A stretch of DNA of 51,400 bases, counting the filler, from Catajapyx aquilonaris (taxonomy: Eukaryota), in NCBI GenBank assembly GCA_000934665.2. It is 3 parts of 3 records of this genome, joined end to end, with 100 filler letters (N's around TTAATTAATTAA, not from the genome) between each part and the next. Parts side by side here need not be neighbours in the genome. Positions count along the whole stretch, not along the records: positions 34,337 to 51,400 come from JYFJ02007042.1; 2 more parts are not named here. One strand, given 5' to 3'. Position numbers and translations under genes: made by a program. The notes under the pieces are model-generated. The model was not told where the DNA came from. It did no database searches and was given only the letters and a program-made list of their open reading frames with translations. The stretch's first letter is position 1. The number at the start of each line of letters is the position of its first letter. Shown piece after piece: positions 37,701 to 51,397 of the stretch.

Positions 37701-40700
37701 GACGATAGGAAATGTTGCCTGTGAATATCCCACTCTCTTCCTCATCACTCTTGCACTGGCTCCAGTTCTTACAACATGGAATCCTGTACCTGATATCTTG
37801 TTAGTCAAACTGGGAGAATTTCCATTGCTACCTGACGTTTCTTATATGGTTGCCTTCCAGGCTATCATATTGCATGTTCCGACAGCACGTTATCGAATTA
37901 CGTCAAGAGGAACTAACGGGAAAAAACGGAGCGTGATACAGCCATTAAAAATACGCTTTTACTATTTCTGCCTGTTTACACTCACTTTGTCAAGTTACAT
38001 AACGCAAGGACATTGAACCTTGAACATAGAAACCACATAGTTTTTTTTCTATTTTGACACTGAGTTTATGGCAATTAACACTGATTTCGAAAAATGATAG
38101 GAGCTGAATTAATTTTTAAAACATGTAGCTGTTTACGATAACATTTTGGTGTAAGTTAGTTCTGATAAGCCCATATCAATCGTTAGGCCCAGAACTATAC
38201 CAGCATGACAATCATAAACACCTTGCTGAAGTCTATAATATAGACGAGGTTATTTTTATGCCAGGGTGTTACTGAGGTCACAGAATATAAAGAAAAAACC
38301 CAGCTTAGCAGACCAGAAAACGCCCAAGTTAAATGATATAAGTGCCAAATTGTGCATAAAAGCGTTGAGCAGAAAATTACGGTAGGCATCTTCTTTCTAT
38401 ATAAGATACTTCAGACTTTTATAGCCTATCACGTCGAATTACAAGCCTGTGCAATTTGGTGGAAGTTCACTATTATACGGGCATGTTGCAGTACATGAGC
38501 TGATAAATTCCGGATTAAAGCCTACAACAAAATATTCCCTCCAAGAAAGCAGAAGTAAAGGTCCACCATTCTTATACATGCCATTGGTGTTTGCAACGAT
38601 AAATGATTAATTTGAAGTTAACGAGTTGTGGTTTGCACTTCTATAATTATGTTGATCTCTGGGAAATGTCATACGCAGATTTGATTAGAATGTAATTTGA
38701 ATGTGTCCGCCCCAGGCTCATTAAATTCCGTCACATGCATTGTGTGGAGGAGACAACTCAAATTGGGAACATAGAGGTCACATACTATACGTACAACCGG
38801 TGCACTGCACTAGTTCTCCTCAGCCTTCAGGATGGGAACATAACGATGTTATCACTCAGTGAATTTGTAAAATCACGGCCAATTTCAGAACAATTTTTCA
38901 ATAATTATTATTGACTTTGCGGCAAAATATGCGTGCAGTTGAAGTTAGTTAATGCCGAAACACTTCGCTTCCCCCGACTTCATGTAAGTATATATGTTAT
39001 GATAATAATTATGAACCCTCACTACTTAGAGCTTATTAACGCTTTGCAGACTCTGTAATAAATTTTTAATGTGCTTCTAGCAGAATGAAGCGTGCTTTAA
39101 AAGGACATCTCACAAGCACTCTTGGATACCTTCTTCGTCATTATGAGGTGTCAATAATTATTTCAGATCTTTAATGAATCATACATTATATTATTAACTT
39201 ACATAATTAATACGAATTCCAACGGTCATTCATGCAGATTATACCACACACGTTTCTTAGAACTGATTTGAATATATTGGTTATAAATTGCACATGGGAA
39301 AGTAGGAAAGCATTCAAAATGTAATCGTAAACATGGGGCATCCATTTTCAATACACTGTTTGCAAAACTTTCCAACTGAACAAGAGCAGGAAGCATCAGG
39401 CTTCTATCGCACTAAAGACTGAACTGATGTTGTTGTACACTAAGTGCTGTTAATAGCATTTCACTTGGTTTTCCAAAGTGGCTTGAGGTGAAAGTCAGCA
39501 CACGTCTCGATTGACGGTGCTCTTTGGAGTGAGGTCCCATCGATCCGAAGAGACATGTGTCGCATGTTGTTGTTTCTCCTCAGATGAACCAGGTTTCTGA
39601 CGCCCTTGTTTTTCTCCATTCGGCTACTGGCTTTCTCCGGACTCAATCATAATCTTCCTGCATTCAAATGATCCTTTCGTCAATCCATCATTGGTGCCAC
39701 CTGCACTTCCTAGATTGAATATATAGCGAGCTTTATGCAAAAACAGGCGATGTGAATGTGAGATATGCAGCCGTGATGACAAAGAAATGAAAGTACTGTA
39801 TGTCACTTTATTATTGATTTTGTCTGATGCACTTTTGCAGATGAATTTCGCACTGTACCTCTCAAAAATGAGAATTCTGGCATATAGAGTTGGAGTGCAG
39901 TGTGGCTTTTCAAATTATCAATTTTAATGGAACTCGCCTTGTCACCTGTGGCATTCTCAGCTCCATTTCCAAAATGGTTAAAAGCAAAACAATGTTGAAA
40001 GGATCGACCCTGCCTGGAGTGCATATAAAATGTCTATTGAAATGAGTTTGCTTCTTATTATTTAAAAAAAAATGAATCGCAAAAAAAACACGCGGTCGTG
40101 TCTGAATCAGAACCGTTATGCCAGCATGCCCAGCACGTAGAGAAATATTTGGGAAAATTTCTCAAGGCGACACAAAAGTCGCACGCAAGTCGAGCTGCGG
40201 GACAATTATTATTTCTCCGTTTCGCAACCCATTTCCTAATTGTCTGAGAAGAGACGGAGAGGCTCAGTGACGGTCCAATAAAAACACAATTATAGTCGAG
40301 TTATGTGGGTCATTTCCACCCCAAACAACTATTCCACTTCCCCCGAAAAATGGTCTCATGAATGTAGAATGTTGGTTATGAATGCAACATCAAATCTCAA
40401 CCTTTCGCCAGATTTCGCAATTAGTTGTAACTGGTTGGATGATACGTCGCAATCAGGCTTTACGTGCCCTTTGTCAACATAATCAACCGCATAGCAGCAT
40501 TTCAGTCTGTGTGCGTACCAAAATTACGGCACTCATCATCAAAATCAGGTATCCTTCGTTAATATACGCAAATCAATGTGTCGTGGGTCACCACGACACG
40601 TGTTGCATATCCTACGCGGAGCATCACACACGGCCAGATGTAATGAATATGTGATTGCGATTTTAATCATGCAACTGATGCTGGAAAGGCCAGTGAGCAT

Positions 40701-43700
40701 TCAAAGTACCAAAACATTCGTGATGAAATTGATTTAAAAGAGCCAAAAAAATTCGTTACATTAAATTGCTCGGTGCGTGCAATTAATACACTGCTGTATG
40801 CACGTTCTGATAATTTTAAGCATGGAATTTTGAAGAAATTGTTTCCGAGGTCAGACGTGCGTGCGACCTTGTGGTTGCGAGACTTTCTCAATTGTCCGTT
40901 CCCATACACATAAAAACGCATTTTTCTGAAATAGCGTTTCCCAACGTAGATTACATTCGAATGTTTTCTAATTGTCACTACGAAACGAGTTTTGGTAATC
41001 CCACAGTATATATTATGGATGCTTCTGAGCAATAAAAACTCAAGGTGGTGATCTCATTTTTTGTGTGTATCGGCCAGAAGGCGGAATCTCATTGAGAACC
41101 GAGCGTATCCTAGGTCTTTTTTTTTGCCATAATATAACAAAACAATCTAAAATGCTTCCTTGAGTTCAAGGCTCCCCTTGTGCAAATGCACCTTCCAGAA
41201 CCTATACTTTTATTAATATATTGCCTGTATATCTGTCATAAATTTATATGTAATCTGGGAGATAAGGAGATACTCCATCCATAACGCAAAAGATGTTCGC
41301 AAAAGGTGTTCCGTTGTGGTTAGTAATTTTGGCACTAACCTACTAATATTAAGCAATTGCTTTTAAATAGTTACTTTTAGTGGTTATCAACAGCAGATTA
41401 GCTGCCAATATTGGGTTGCGTGGACCCATCCTTTTTAACCCCCTGCAAAGGGATCTGGCCTGCCTGGTCTTCTGTGAACACTGCCGTAAAAAAAAATCAT
41501 AGCGTGATAGATTCCGTCGGACACTAAGCGAGCCATGATGACAAGCCACCTGTTTGCACATCCGTTAGCGGGCTTCAGAGCAGGCTTTCATCAAGACTCC
41601 CTTACGTGATCGATATCAGCAGCTCTGTTGACGTATCATTACATGCTAGCAAACATGGCCGAAGCCGCTTCATCGCCTACGCTATCAAAAAAGTAACGCC
41701 CGGAAATTCAACATGGCCGATACGGTTGATCAACGTCACTATTCTGCCATTCGAGATATGACACGAAACAGCTCATCGGGATTTTCCTATCCTTGACCGG
41801 CAACGGCAGGCACATCACTTTCACTATATGTAGGCACGTAAGGCATCACCTGTGCCATGCTGTGATGATTAGTTTCCGAGCTAGGCCTAGTCAGGCCTGG
41901 CTCAACAAACTGTGGCTATTACAATTGACTTTTTTGAACGGGCTCATCAACCGGCGAATATATTGCAATACAAATTACTCTCCATTCAGTACATCAAGCC
42001 GGCTTCAGAAAATTCCGGGTAGGCCTAATTGAGTTCGAGGGAACCCATAAGTTACTTAGTAGGCTAATCAGTCTAGGTCTATACTCTATACTGAGTTTAT
42101 ATCTGGATTCTCTCTCTCTTCAGGTGTGACATGTTGTATAGCCTCCTCATTTAACCTCAAAATTTGAATTATCATATGCTCAAATATGTAAATACTGTGT
42201 AGCCTATAGACTAACTACTGCATCGCTACCGTAGAGGTCACCCAGGTTGATATGCCTCTATATTGCCATTTTCCCCAACTGTTGCAGCATGCAACCGTGG
42301 TGTATTAGAAGTTGTCATTTGTCACCTTAGGGCACTAATTAGGTTATAACTATTTGTTCGGCAAACTGATGCTGTCATTCATTATTGCAAAAACACTATT
42401 GACTCTTCCACAGAATGCTTAAATGGTTCAATGCATAAGTACAATAGTTCCAGGTAAACCACTGCATAAATTACTATTATTAGATTACCAGTCATTTACT
42501 GCCCTTTTGTCTTCGGCGTATATTCTGCTTTAGATTACTTTACCCATATGGACTAATAGTACTGCAATGAAAACAGATAGTGGCAGCAATGTTACGTGGA
42601 CAGGTTCTGAATATGCTCGTTAACTTTATCACGAAATTGTTTTCCTAATAATGACCGATTACATCGCCAAGTAAACGCAATAAGCCACTGCAGTAACTCT
42701 GTATGGCTTGGCCAATCAGGCAGTTTTCCCGGAGCTTATGCCGGTGGACTTAATAAGGACACTTTATGACGCTATCAAAGGCCATATTTCCCAAGATGTT
42801 ATAACGTTTCCTCAAGTTGCGGATGGCACGGCTTCGTTCTCACCCACACACCATCACTAGAATAGGTCATGTGAAAAAAAATTCAACTGGGATTTCCATC
42901 CGTCTTTCTGGTACCGGTAGGCCTATACTGTACATAGTCAGCAGAAGAAGGAAGATTCATTATCATTTCATCATTAGGTATGTTATACAACACATACGAA
43001 TTTGACTGGTTCAGCAGCTCGCTGTTGTTATAATCCCATTTTCAGCGTATTGTTGGCATGACAAACAATGGAAAACCGGAACAATGCAGCTGACTCGTCC
43101 GTTCTGTGACTTCGTTACTCCCAAAACCACCTAGACTACCCCTATTAAGCCTCTGAACTCTGGGAAAATTCAATTTCCGTCTCGAATGGCTTTGTAAACC
43201 AAACTCGACAGTCGCCTGAGTAATCATCACTCACTCAGTTTCCGGTCGTCGACATAATAACAAAAAAGCTATTCTGCTATATTATGCAACTCAACTGACC
43301 TTTTTCACTCATTGCCTGCTGCTTTCCTGTTTTTCACGCTCTCACCCTTAGTTACAGTTTTTTATCGCGACAAAAAGTAAGGTGATATAATTATCCACAC
43401 AAGTAGCAATATGCTGCGTTCTTACTTCAAAGATAGTCATGCAGATTGTATCAGATATGTAATCAGTGGGGTCAATGTTATTATATTACGTAAACCCTTG
43501 TTTCTCTTGAATTGAAAGTGAGCAACTGTTTCAGTCACGTATTAGTAGTAAACGACATGTAAGACACGCACTGTAGCGTGTATGTCCATGTCTGAGAGAA
43601 AATTATTTTTATTTATAACACGGACTAAGGCATTTCTTTTACTGTTGTGCGATTAACAATTACATCATTTAGTGCTCTCAGTTTACGTAATTAATTACCT

Positions 43701-44415
43701 GCAGTGACGATACAGGGCTATAGTAAATCCCTATGAATGATAAAATACCGCTATACTGTAATATAACCGTGCATATTTGCGTCAGTTTCTTGTTAAAATC
43801 GTCAAAATATATTCCCTGAAACTGAATGATACTGAAATGGAAACTGCGTCCATTGGCACAATCTGTTTTAATACGCGCTAATCGTGTGTGAACCCATGAA
43901 ACTGATTGGTAGCGATTTACAAAATCGATTTGTATGCAATGACAATGAACAGGCACAATGTGCAGGATACCTCCATTTCCTCTGCGTTTCATCAACATTA
44001 CGAGCTGCCATTAATGTAGTTTTTTGTATAAAACTGCCTTGTTTTACAAGTCTATTCCAGTTCGAGTGTAATAACCTTTGAAATTAGATTTGTCATTTGT
44101 GACATCTCCGCATCCAACAGATGGGGTTAGTTTTGTGAGTTGGCAGTTTAACCAAGAGGTGGCGGATGCCGGGTGGGGGGGGGGGGGGGNGGGGGGGGAC
44201 CTGGAGGGAGAGGCTGCCACTGTGATCTGACCTCTCTAGGTCATCAGCAGATTTCAGCAGACGAGTGTCAGATTAGTCATTATAAGGCATATAGGTAGAC
44301 TATCATCTTGACTGCATTTCGCCCATACTTACGTATTTGGAGGTTAAAGTTTACTATAGACTGGACCCTTCTATCGCCGCCAAGTTAAATCCGCCACACA
44401 TATCAGACATTCTAG

Positions 44416-44542
44416 TGCCTGGTTGCACCAACAAAATTACCGGTCCGATAGCTCCTAATGGACAGATAGGTAGACCTTTTAACATGTGCTATCGGTCTGT
44501 TAGGAGCTATCGGACCGGTAATTTTGTTGGTGCAACCAGGCA
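44416..44542. mobile_element. PIF/Harbinger-like MITE
   Basis: 43-bp perfect TIR TGCCTGGTTGCACCAACAAAATTACCGGTCCGATAGCTCCTAA. Flanks TAG/TAT. Confidence 0.8.
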
Positions 44543-44562
44543 TATGTGATATTCGTCACTAC

Positions 44563-44599
44563 ACTAGGTAGTTCCCCCCGTCGCGTCGCATTGCGAGGG
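44563..44599 (-). mobile_element. Helitron-like 3' terminus
   Basis: Minus strand CCCTCGC-AATGCGAC-GCGACGGG hairpin, about 10 nt before CTAG|T. Confidence 0.45.
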
Positions 44600-44656
44600 A
44601 TCCTAGCTGTTGCTACTTCGTCTCTTTGTAAACAGGCCTTTGAACGCAATAGTGAA

Positions 44657-44812
44657 TAGTCCAAGGGGTAATCACTTCGGTACTCCGGTGTACACCTGGG
44701 AGTGGTACTCCCTGGTACTCCTCAGGCACCTCACTCTTTATTACTCCGTGGTACTCCTTGAATTTGGTACTCCAGTGTACACTTTTCAGTCGAGTGATTA
44801 CCCCCTTGGAAT
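44657..44812. repeat. Inverted-repeat-bounded element containing GGTACTCC short repeats
   Basis: Arms CCAAGGGGTAATCACT / AGTGATTACCCCCTTGG enclose five GGTACTCC and two GTGTACAC motifs. Confidence 0.6.
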
Positions 44813-45993
44813 AGTCAGTGCTACAATTCCTTCCAACATGAGGCACATGTTTAGTTTATGGGTTTTGCAAATTTTTGAGTTTTTAGGTCAGCAGATGTAA
44901 CAATACGTCGTGTGAAATTCCCAGTTACAGTTCCTTGTGTTACAAAATAATTAAGCATAACATATTTATAAAATTTAAATTTTACTTTGTAGCAGTCATC
45001 TCTTGAATTAAAGTCGCCATATCGAAATCAATTACGACGTATCTTAGGAAAATAACCGTACACCGCCTTTACAAAAGGCTTTTGAATATACAGTTGATCC
45101 TGTGGATAAATTACAACCCTAGGTATTTCTGCTCGCTATTAAACCTGACAGTCTGATGCTTATTAGCACACGACAACGAACCACTACAGGCATGTCTCAA
45201 GCATCTCATAACACTGTATATGGAAGTATATACAAAGCCAGATCAATATTCCCTGGAATTATGCAGTATAACATGAATACCAGCAGAATAATACATCAAA
45301 GTCTGAAGCTCAACAAGAGACCCTTCATTATCGTACGACATGCCTTGCCAGGGATGGTATATAGCAATGATCTCACATTACTTGGATTAAGTAAATATGA
45401 TTATTGCAAATCAGATGTATTAAATCTATTTATTGTGGTTCAGTGAAACGTGGGCATTATTCAAATTATGTTGCTTAGGATAATTAGTTTAAAGCTATGC
45501 AGTACATAGCCTGTAATCTGGAAATACGTATAAATATTCACAGAAAAAGGCTTAAAGACACATTCAAGTGACTATCTATTCAGGAGTAATATGAGCGAAA
45601 AGTCACGCAAGTATGACGGATTGTGTGACAATAGAGGGTGGGAATTATTACTGTAAGCGATGACATGCTTTCACACTCGTGAAAAAAGGACAAGAAAGTG
45701 CTTAAATACTCGCGAATGTGTCTGAGGGTCGCGAAAAACAGTGTTAGAAAACAAAGTTTTTTTACTCAAAGCACCATACGGAAATGCATTATTTTGTTCT
45801 GCCAGCAGTTCTTTGCATTTTTATATCAGATCTTGTCACAAATTGACACAAATTCAGTCAACTTCAATATGTGCTCTGGAATTTCTCATGGGGAACTCTT
45901 GATTCTTCTTATTAAGAGCCTACATATCCGACTTCGATGTATATGTACAGTATAGCAAAAGAAAAGATAAAAATTATTTTATATTAGTTATGA

Positions 45994-46474
45994 TTCATTC
46001 AGGGGAAAATGAGCCAGTCAATCATAAGCGGACATGGTTATGAATAAGTCAAAGAATACATGTGCTTAAAATATGGACAAGTCTCGTCTACCACTGCACT
46101 GGTCCAATTTTAGTTGACATCGAATGTGTGAAACGTAGCAAACTATTTCGGAAAGGAAAGCCGCCAAGAACTCTCAGTGGTCTTGGAGTGGATACACAAG
46201 TAAACCATGCAGTTCAAGTCATTTTTGCATCCCTTATTTTCACCTCTATCCTTCATTGTTGTCATTCGTTCTTGTATTTATTGTGGAGGTTGAGCCCGAA
46301 GACGTCTGGGCCGGGTCCCATTTCGGAATATTGATATTTTGCAGCTCTTTTGAAACTCTGTCAACCAAATTTGGCCCAGCGGTAAATGAGACCAGGTTTT
46401 TAGAATAATTATTCCTGGCCTTATTCATAACCATATCCATGTACGGTTTACTGGCCCACTCTCAACTGAATGAA
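45994..46474. mobile_element. Old MITE with ~125-bp diverged TIRs
   Basis: TTCATTCAG..GCCAGT.AA..GGA.ATGGTTATGAATAAG..GTCTC.T.TACC.CTG..CCAA.TT.GTTGACA is mirrored at 46359-46474. Confidence 0.65.
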
Positions 46475-48688
46475 CCTAGTAGCAACAGGTTAACTCACAC
46501 CGTGGGCCTTTTTCGCTATCATAATTGCCAGTAAACGATTATAATAGACTTTGATAAATTAGTGTCATGACCTAATTTACCTCATGCACACATAATCTAC
46601 CCTTACAAAGCCTAAATGTTTACCATCACAGATACCTCAATAGTGGGACACTGAAAACCCCATTTCTGCATTTTGTCTTACGGTAGAAGGGCACAAAAAC
46701 TGAGAAATATAATATTATTATTGGATATGCAGGTGTTACTTTTCACATACAAATGTTCGGAGAGTGAGGCGGTGAGAGAATTGATGGATTAATCAGACCA
46801 GGCGATGTAAACAAAATTCTGTGGCCATCTTACAGCGCAGTTGCATATCGTTCGATTATGGCAATAGAAATTTTGTAAATTGCTTCAAGACGAAAAGCAT
46901 CAACTACAACGTACCTGTACAACTCAGGCTCGAAAATATACGATTTTGTACTGAAATTTTTTCCACAACAATCTGACGGTATGGAAGTGCACTGAAAGAT
47001 ATAGCCAACCGACTTGTTTACACGCCCGGGTGACTAATCCATCATTTTTCCACTGTACCCCCTTCTGGACCATTTTCTTGAGCACCCTACATATGATGCG
47101 ACATATATGGACGGATGTAACAGCAGTTCCTATGTATACAGTACAGCAACTGCTCTTGCAATTCCAAAACCAGTTAATAATGTTAATGAGCACATGACAT
47201 ATATTGGAGCGGTTGTACAAGTCTATTAGTCTGGCACTAATGCAGCACAATGTGGTAGTTTTGGTGGCGAATTCATGCTTCGTGAATATATCTCACCATT
47301 TGGTTGCGGTCACTCAGTTGCGGTTTCAAGTGGTAGGCGAGAGGTGGGAATGAGTACAAGGGACACAAGTGAAAGCTATTTCCTGACATATCCTGTGCTT
47401 CTATTTGCGTTTCTGGCTACTCTTTTGCAACGAAGGAAGCGTAAGGTACAGCGATACTACTGATACATTGTGTACTGAGGAGAGGCAACAAGTGGGAGAA
47501 AAATTTCTATTCGCTAATTTTATTTGAAAGCAAACCGGAAGAAGACACGCAAAACTGTCCATTCACATCTCAGTTCTAGTGTATACTGCACAATGGAGCT
47601 AATGAAATCTCTTCAGTTTTCCCTACATGAGAGGCATTGCATAGGCCTTACTGGAAGCGAGAAAAAAATCGCTTCGTATCTTTTATTTGCCTGAATACTG
47701 AGCTATAGTGGAGCTAATGATGTGATTTTTTTCCCCCAGCTCAGAGTGAAGGGAAGGTTTATATGGAACTGAATGGGCAAATTTTTGTGAAGAGTGTTGC
47801 AGATACCTATGCAGATATCTGGTTGAAGGGATGGGGTGGCTGGTGGGGGGATGAGGAATCCATATTTAGGAAATAAGCTTTTTTTTTAATGGCTCTAAGT
47901 ATACAAGAGGTGATCATACATTTCATGCTTGTGAGTCAGAATATGAAAAAAGGCTAGTAATTTCGCGTTCCTATTTGGACATGCTTTTGAACATTTACAT
48001 GATCCCTATAGTAGAAATAGAGGAGGAGGAATATTTGCATGATGGCGTTTACGCAGTGTCGTAGGCTACTATTTTGGATCAGAAAAAAACTTATTGCAGT
48101 GGTAAACTTTTCAGAAGTGTTATAACGTGGTTATAAAAATTTCCCGTGCTTCCTTAGCAGGCTTACGCTGAGCTCTCGCATAACGAAGTACTTTTTTATG
48201 CAATAAAATACTCCATCGCAAGAAACTCAATAGTGATGGTGCATAGATTCGTGCGTTTCTAGTTATGGACTCAAGGTTACAATACTAATTTTTCATTTAG
48301 GGCCTACTGCAGGCTATACTCACTGCAATACATTTTTAGAACTGAATTCTTAATAGAATCGCATTCTATAGTTTTTAAAAGCAGCATTTGCAAAGTTTTG
48401 TTGTACAGTACTGCATACTACAGCCAGTAAAAATGTCATCAATTCAGGTTTTACGAGTTCTACTCATCAGCGATCTTTAAGCTGTTCATACTATGTTAAA
48501 AAAACCATTCTACCCCCATAATTACAACAATTCAATAGCCAGTTTGCATTAGCATTTGCACAATTATGAATCCTGAAATTTCATCGAGAAATACCTATCA
48601 TAAGCTATACGTAAATCATCTCGAATGATGAGGTGTCAAACAAACCGGTGGTGATCCGCAATACAGCCCCAGATCATATTCATGATTG

Positions 48689-48783
48689 ACATGTATAATG
48701 TTATGCATTCACTCATGGCCAGATTCTACAGTGGTCACCACTGTAGAATCTGGCCATGAGTGAATGCATAACATTATACATGT
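48689..48783. repeat. Perfect 95-bp palindrome (47-bp arms, 1-nt spacer)
   Basis: ACATGTATAATGTTATGCATTCACTCATGGCCAGATTCTACAGTGGT-C-reverse complement. Confidence 0.97.
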
Positions 48784-50500
48784 AAGCATAGCCATATTAT
48801 CAGGCATAATATTTGGGCTCCCAAGTTGCTGAGGATCTCTCTTGAAATCCTTATACAGTATGTAATGTGCACATAGTTCTTTTGTCACACTGTGTCTCGG
48901 AAAATGTCCACTGTTAACTGATGGAACAGTCTTCTATCGAATACATAATTAAGTGCGTATATCCTGACCTAGAGAGACTAAAGCGATACCATGACCCCCT
49001 ACCGCTCAAAATAAAGTTTAATAAACACATAACACAACTTGCCAACACCTACAGAAAGGCGTGTGACACAAATATCGAGACAATCTGGCCCAGTATCGGT
49101 ATGAAAGGAAATATGGTACACCCGCTTTCATTTGAATCTTCCTCTGGTGGTTGCAAGTGGGGTCAAATTATCTTCATCAGTCTGAAAACACAACGACACT
49201 GTGTAATGGAGGGAAGGGGATGGTACTGCATAATGAGATTAATATATTCATAATATTTATACCCTGGTGGCTGAGGTAAATGGCACCAGGTGATGTAAAT
49301 TATGGAAAATATCATCTAAATGCTGTTCATTGCAATCCAGGGGAAACAAGTGCCGGTACCGGTAATGACTCTGCCTTTTAATAGGGTGGGAATAACACCT
49401 TTGTACAAGTTTTTCTTTAAATGCGACAAAAATCACTGAATTTGCAAGTACAGTTATTCCCTGGGGAGGACCCTCAGCAGGATTACCGCATCCCACCCCT
49501 TTCCGACGGTTTCAGAATTTTTATTATGCCAGAACCTTTTCCGGGGATGAGAAACTTCATATTCATCGACTCTCCCTTCCCTCCAACGCAGCATATACCT
49601 ATAACCCAGCAGGATTCCCCCACCCTAGAGTAATACTTTCATTCAAATACCTTGGAAAATGACATTTGTTTTGTGTGCAACTTGAAATTCTAATGGCGTC
49701 ACCAGGCTCAAGATCCTTGTGCTCCTGAATTCCTCCCTCTCCACATCCAACCAAGAAGCCCCCCAGCCTTTTGTATGGCATCACAGATATTCATTAAAAT
49801 GCATCTGAAGAGCACAGATCCTGGAACAACTTCACTCACTGTATGTAATTGCCTTCCATGTGTACACCAGCCACTGACGTCCTGCTCCGATCACAGGCTT
49901 TGTCCACCTCTCACGAGTCCCATTCAGAAGCGCTCCATGCCCTCTTCATCACAAGTCACGTACTCATCCCCAGACCGCATAATCATTATCTGATCGCGAC
50001 CTTCCGACAACCTAAATTAGATCACCTCTTAGCTCATGCACTTCAGCACGAATGAAACGACGTGATGCGGCCAAATGGAACGTTACAATGGATACACCTT
50101 TCAGATGATAGAGGCACAACACAAAATTGCGCAAAGCGTCAAGTGAGGAAAAAAGTGTCAGTAAAATCTGTAAGATATGATATGGCGCAAATTACAATTT
50201 TGACTTTTTGTGTTATCTGAATATGAAACCAAGTTACCTGTGTTCTTTGGTATCCTGAATACAAAAATGGCCATTAAAACCCTATAGATGAGTCCTATAG
50301 TTTTTGGCATAATTACACAACATATTTGTACTTGTATATTTGCATATGTAGGCTACTATAGGATTTCGAAAATAAATTTCATGTAATTTATATTTTGGAA
50401 GCCGATACGTACTTACGGGGTTGTAAAAAAAATATCACATACTGGTAGAGTCAACCTCCTATTACGAGATGTGACGGTTGGCCTCGATCGTACATGTTGC

Positions 50501-50527
50501 GCGCATGCGCAGGAGGAGTCGGAAGTG
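50501..50527 (+). promoter_or_regulatory. NRF-1/Ewg motif plus ETS motif in a CpG-rich patch
   Basis: GCGCATGCGCA (50501-50511) and CGGAAGTG (50520-50527). Motif match only. Confidence 0.3.
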
Positions 50528-51332
50528 AGCAAGAAAGGTCGGCCGTCAAGTCTTGTGGGGAATCATGCGGTCCAATTCTCGGACTTCTCACAGTACACCC
50601 TTCCCACCGTATCTTAAAAATTAAAGCCCATCCGCTATTTTTACGTTCGTATTCGTGATCAGCGAGTTCAAATTAGTGGAAAAAAGCTGCTTTCGTCTCA
50701 GATTTTTTTGGCTACCATACCAGTGCTATATGGATTCAAAAGTTACAGGCACGAGCAACAGTAACTTACAGTTTCAGCAAAAGGCTTAACAAGGTGAACG
50801 CATGTTTTCATTTAGCTAATCTTTATTTTAGATTGTTCAAAATTTCAGTATAAGTTACACTTTGTGCTGAGGCATGAGTCAAAATCTTCGCTTGGGATCA
50901 CCATTAGAATGGCCTGAGTAAGTAATTGAATCATTATCGGCAGTCAAGTTGTATATTCAAAAAGAAAATTGTCGTAGACATCGGCAAATATCTATTATGG
51001 ACTTTCTTGTCGAAAAGATAAAGTGCGGGGCAATAGGATTAGATGACAAAAAGGTGTCACTTTTTTTTCAATTAACAATATATTGTTGTCGCTGTAATAA
51101 AAGTACAAGACTTCCTAGTGGTCCCATAAAATGTACAGTTCTTTATTTATCTGGTTGCGAAGTTTTTTTTAAACTTGTCTAACTTTAATCTTACACAACT
51201 GAAAGTTTTGAGCCGATACGTTGCAGATAACAGTGATACAGCAAAAGTTCCCTTAATCACTCCTTTCCCACCGAGGAAGCTGCAATATTTTGATTCAAAT
51301 TATTCGAGTCCATTTGCAACTAACACATATTA

Positions 51333-51397
51333 ATAGACCTACTTACGTTTATTATACTGGGCGTACCGCCCAGTATAATGAACGTAAGTAGGTCTAT
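51333..51397. repeat. Near-perfect hairpin (31-bp arms, 3-nt loop, 1 mismatch); may extend beyond the window
   Basis: ATAGACCTACTTACGTTTATTATACTGGGCG-TAC-CGCCCAGTATAATGAACGTAAGTAGGTCTAT. Confidence 0.9.

Noticed and set aside
39461..43260. Possible minus-strand exons (39460-39710, 39930-40020, 42660-42860, 42995-43230)
   Set aside because: Splice-like sites exist, but I could not build a consistent open frame or recognise a product.
46924..47260. Faint resemblance to a Tc1/mariner transposase C-terminus
   Set aside because: The SPDLNP/WPPRSPDL motif is not recoverable; too weak.
48921..50055. Possible LINE or Helitron coding remnant (110-aa ORF; KPSERGG motif on the minus strand)
   Set aside because: Only a few residues of similarity, so it cannot be supported without a search.
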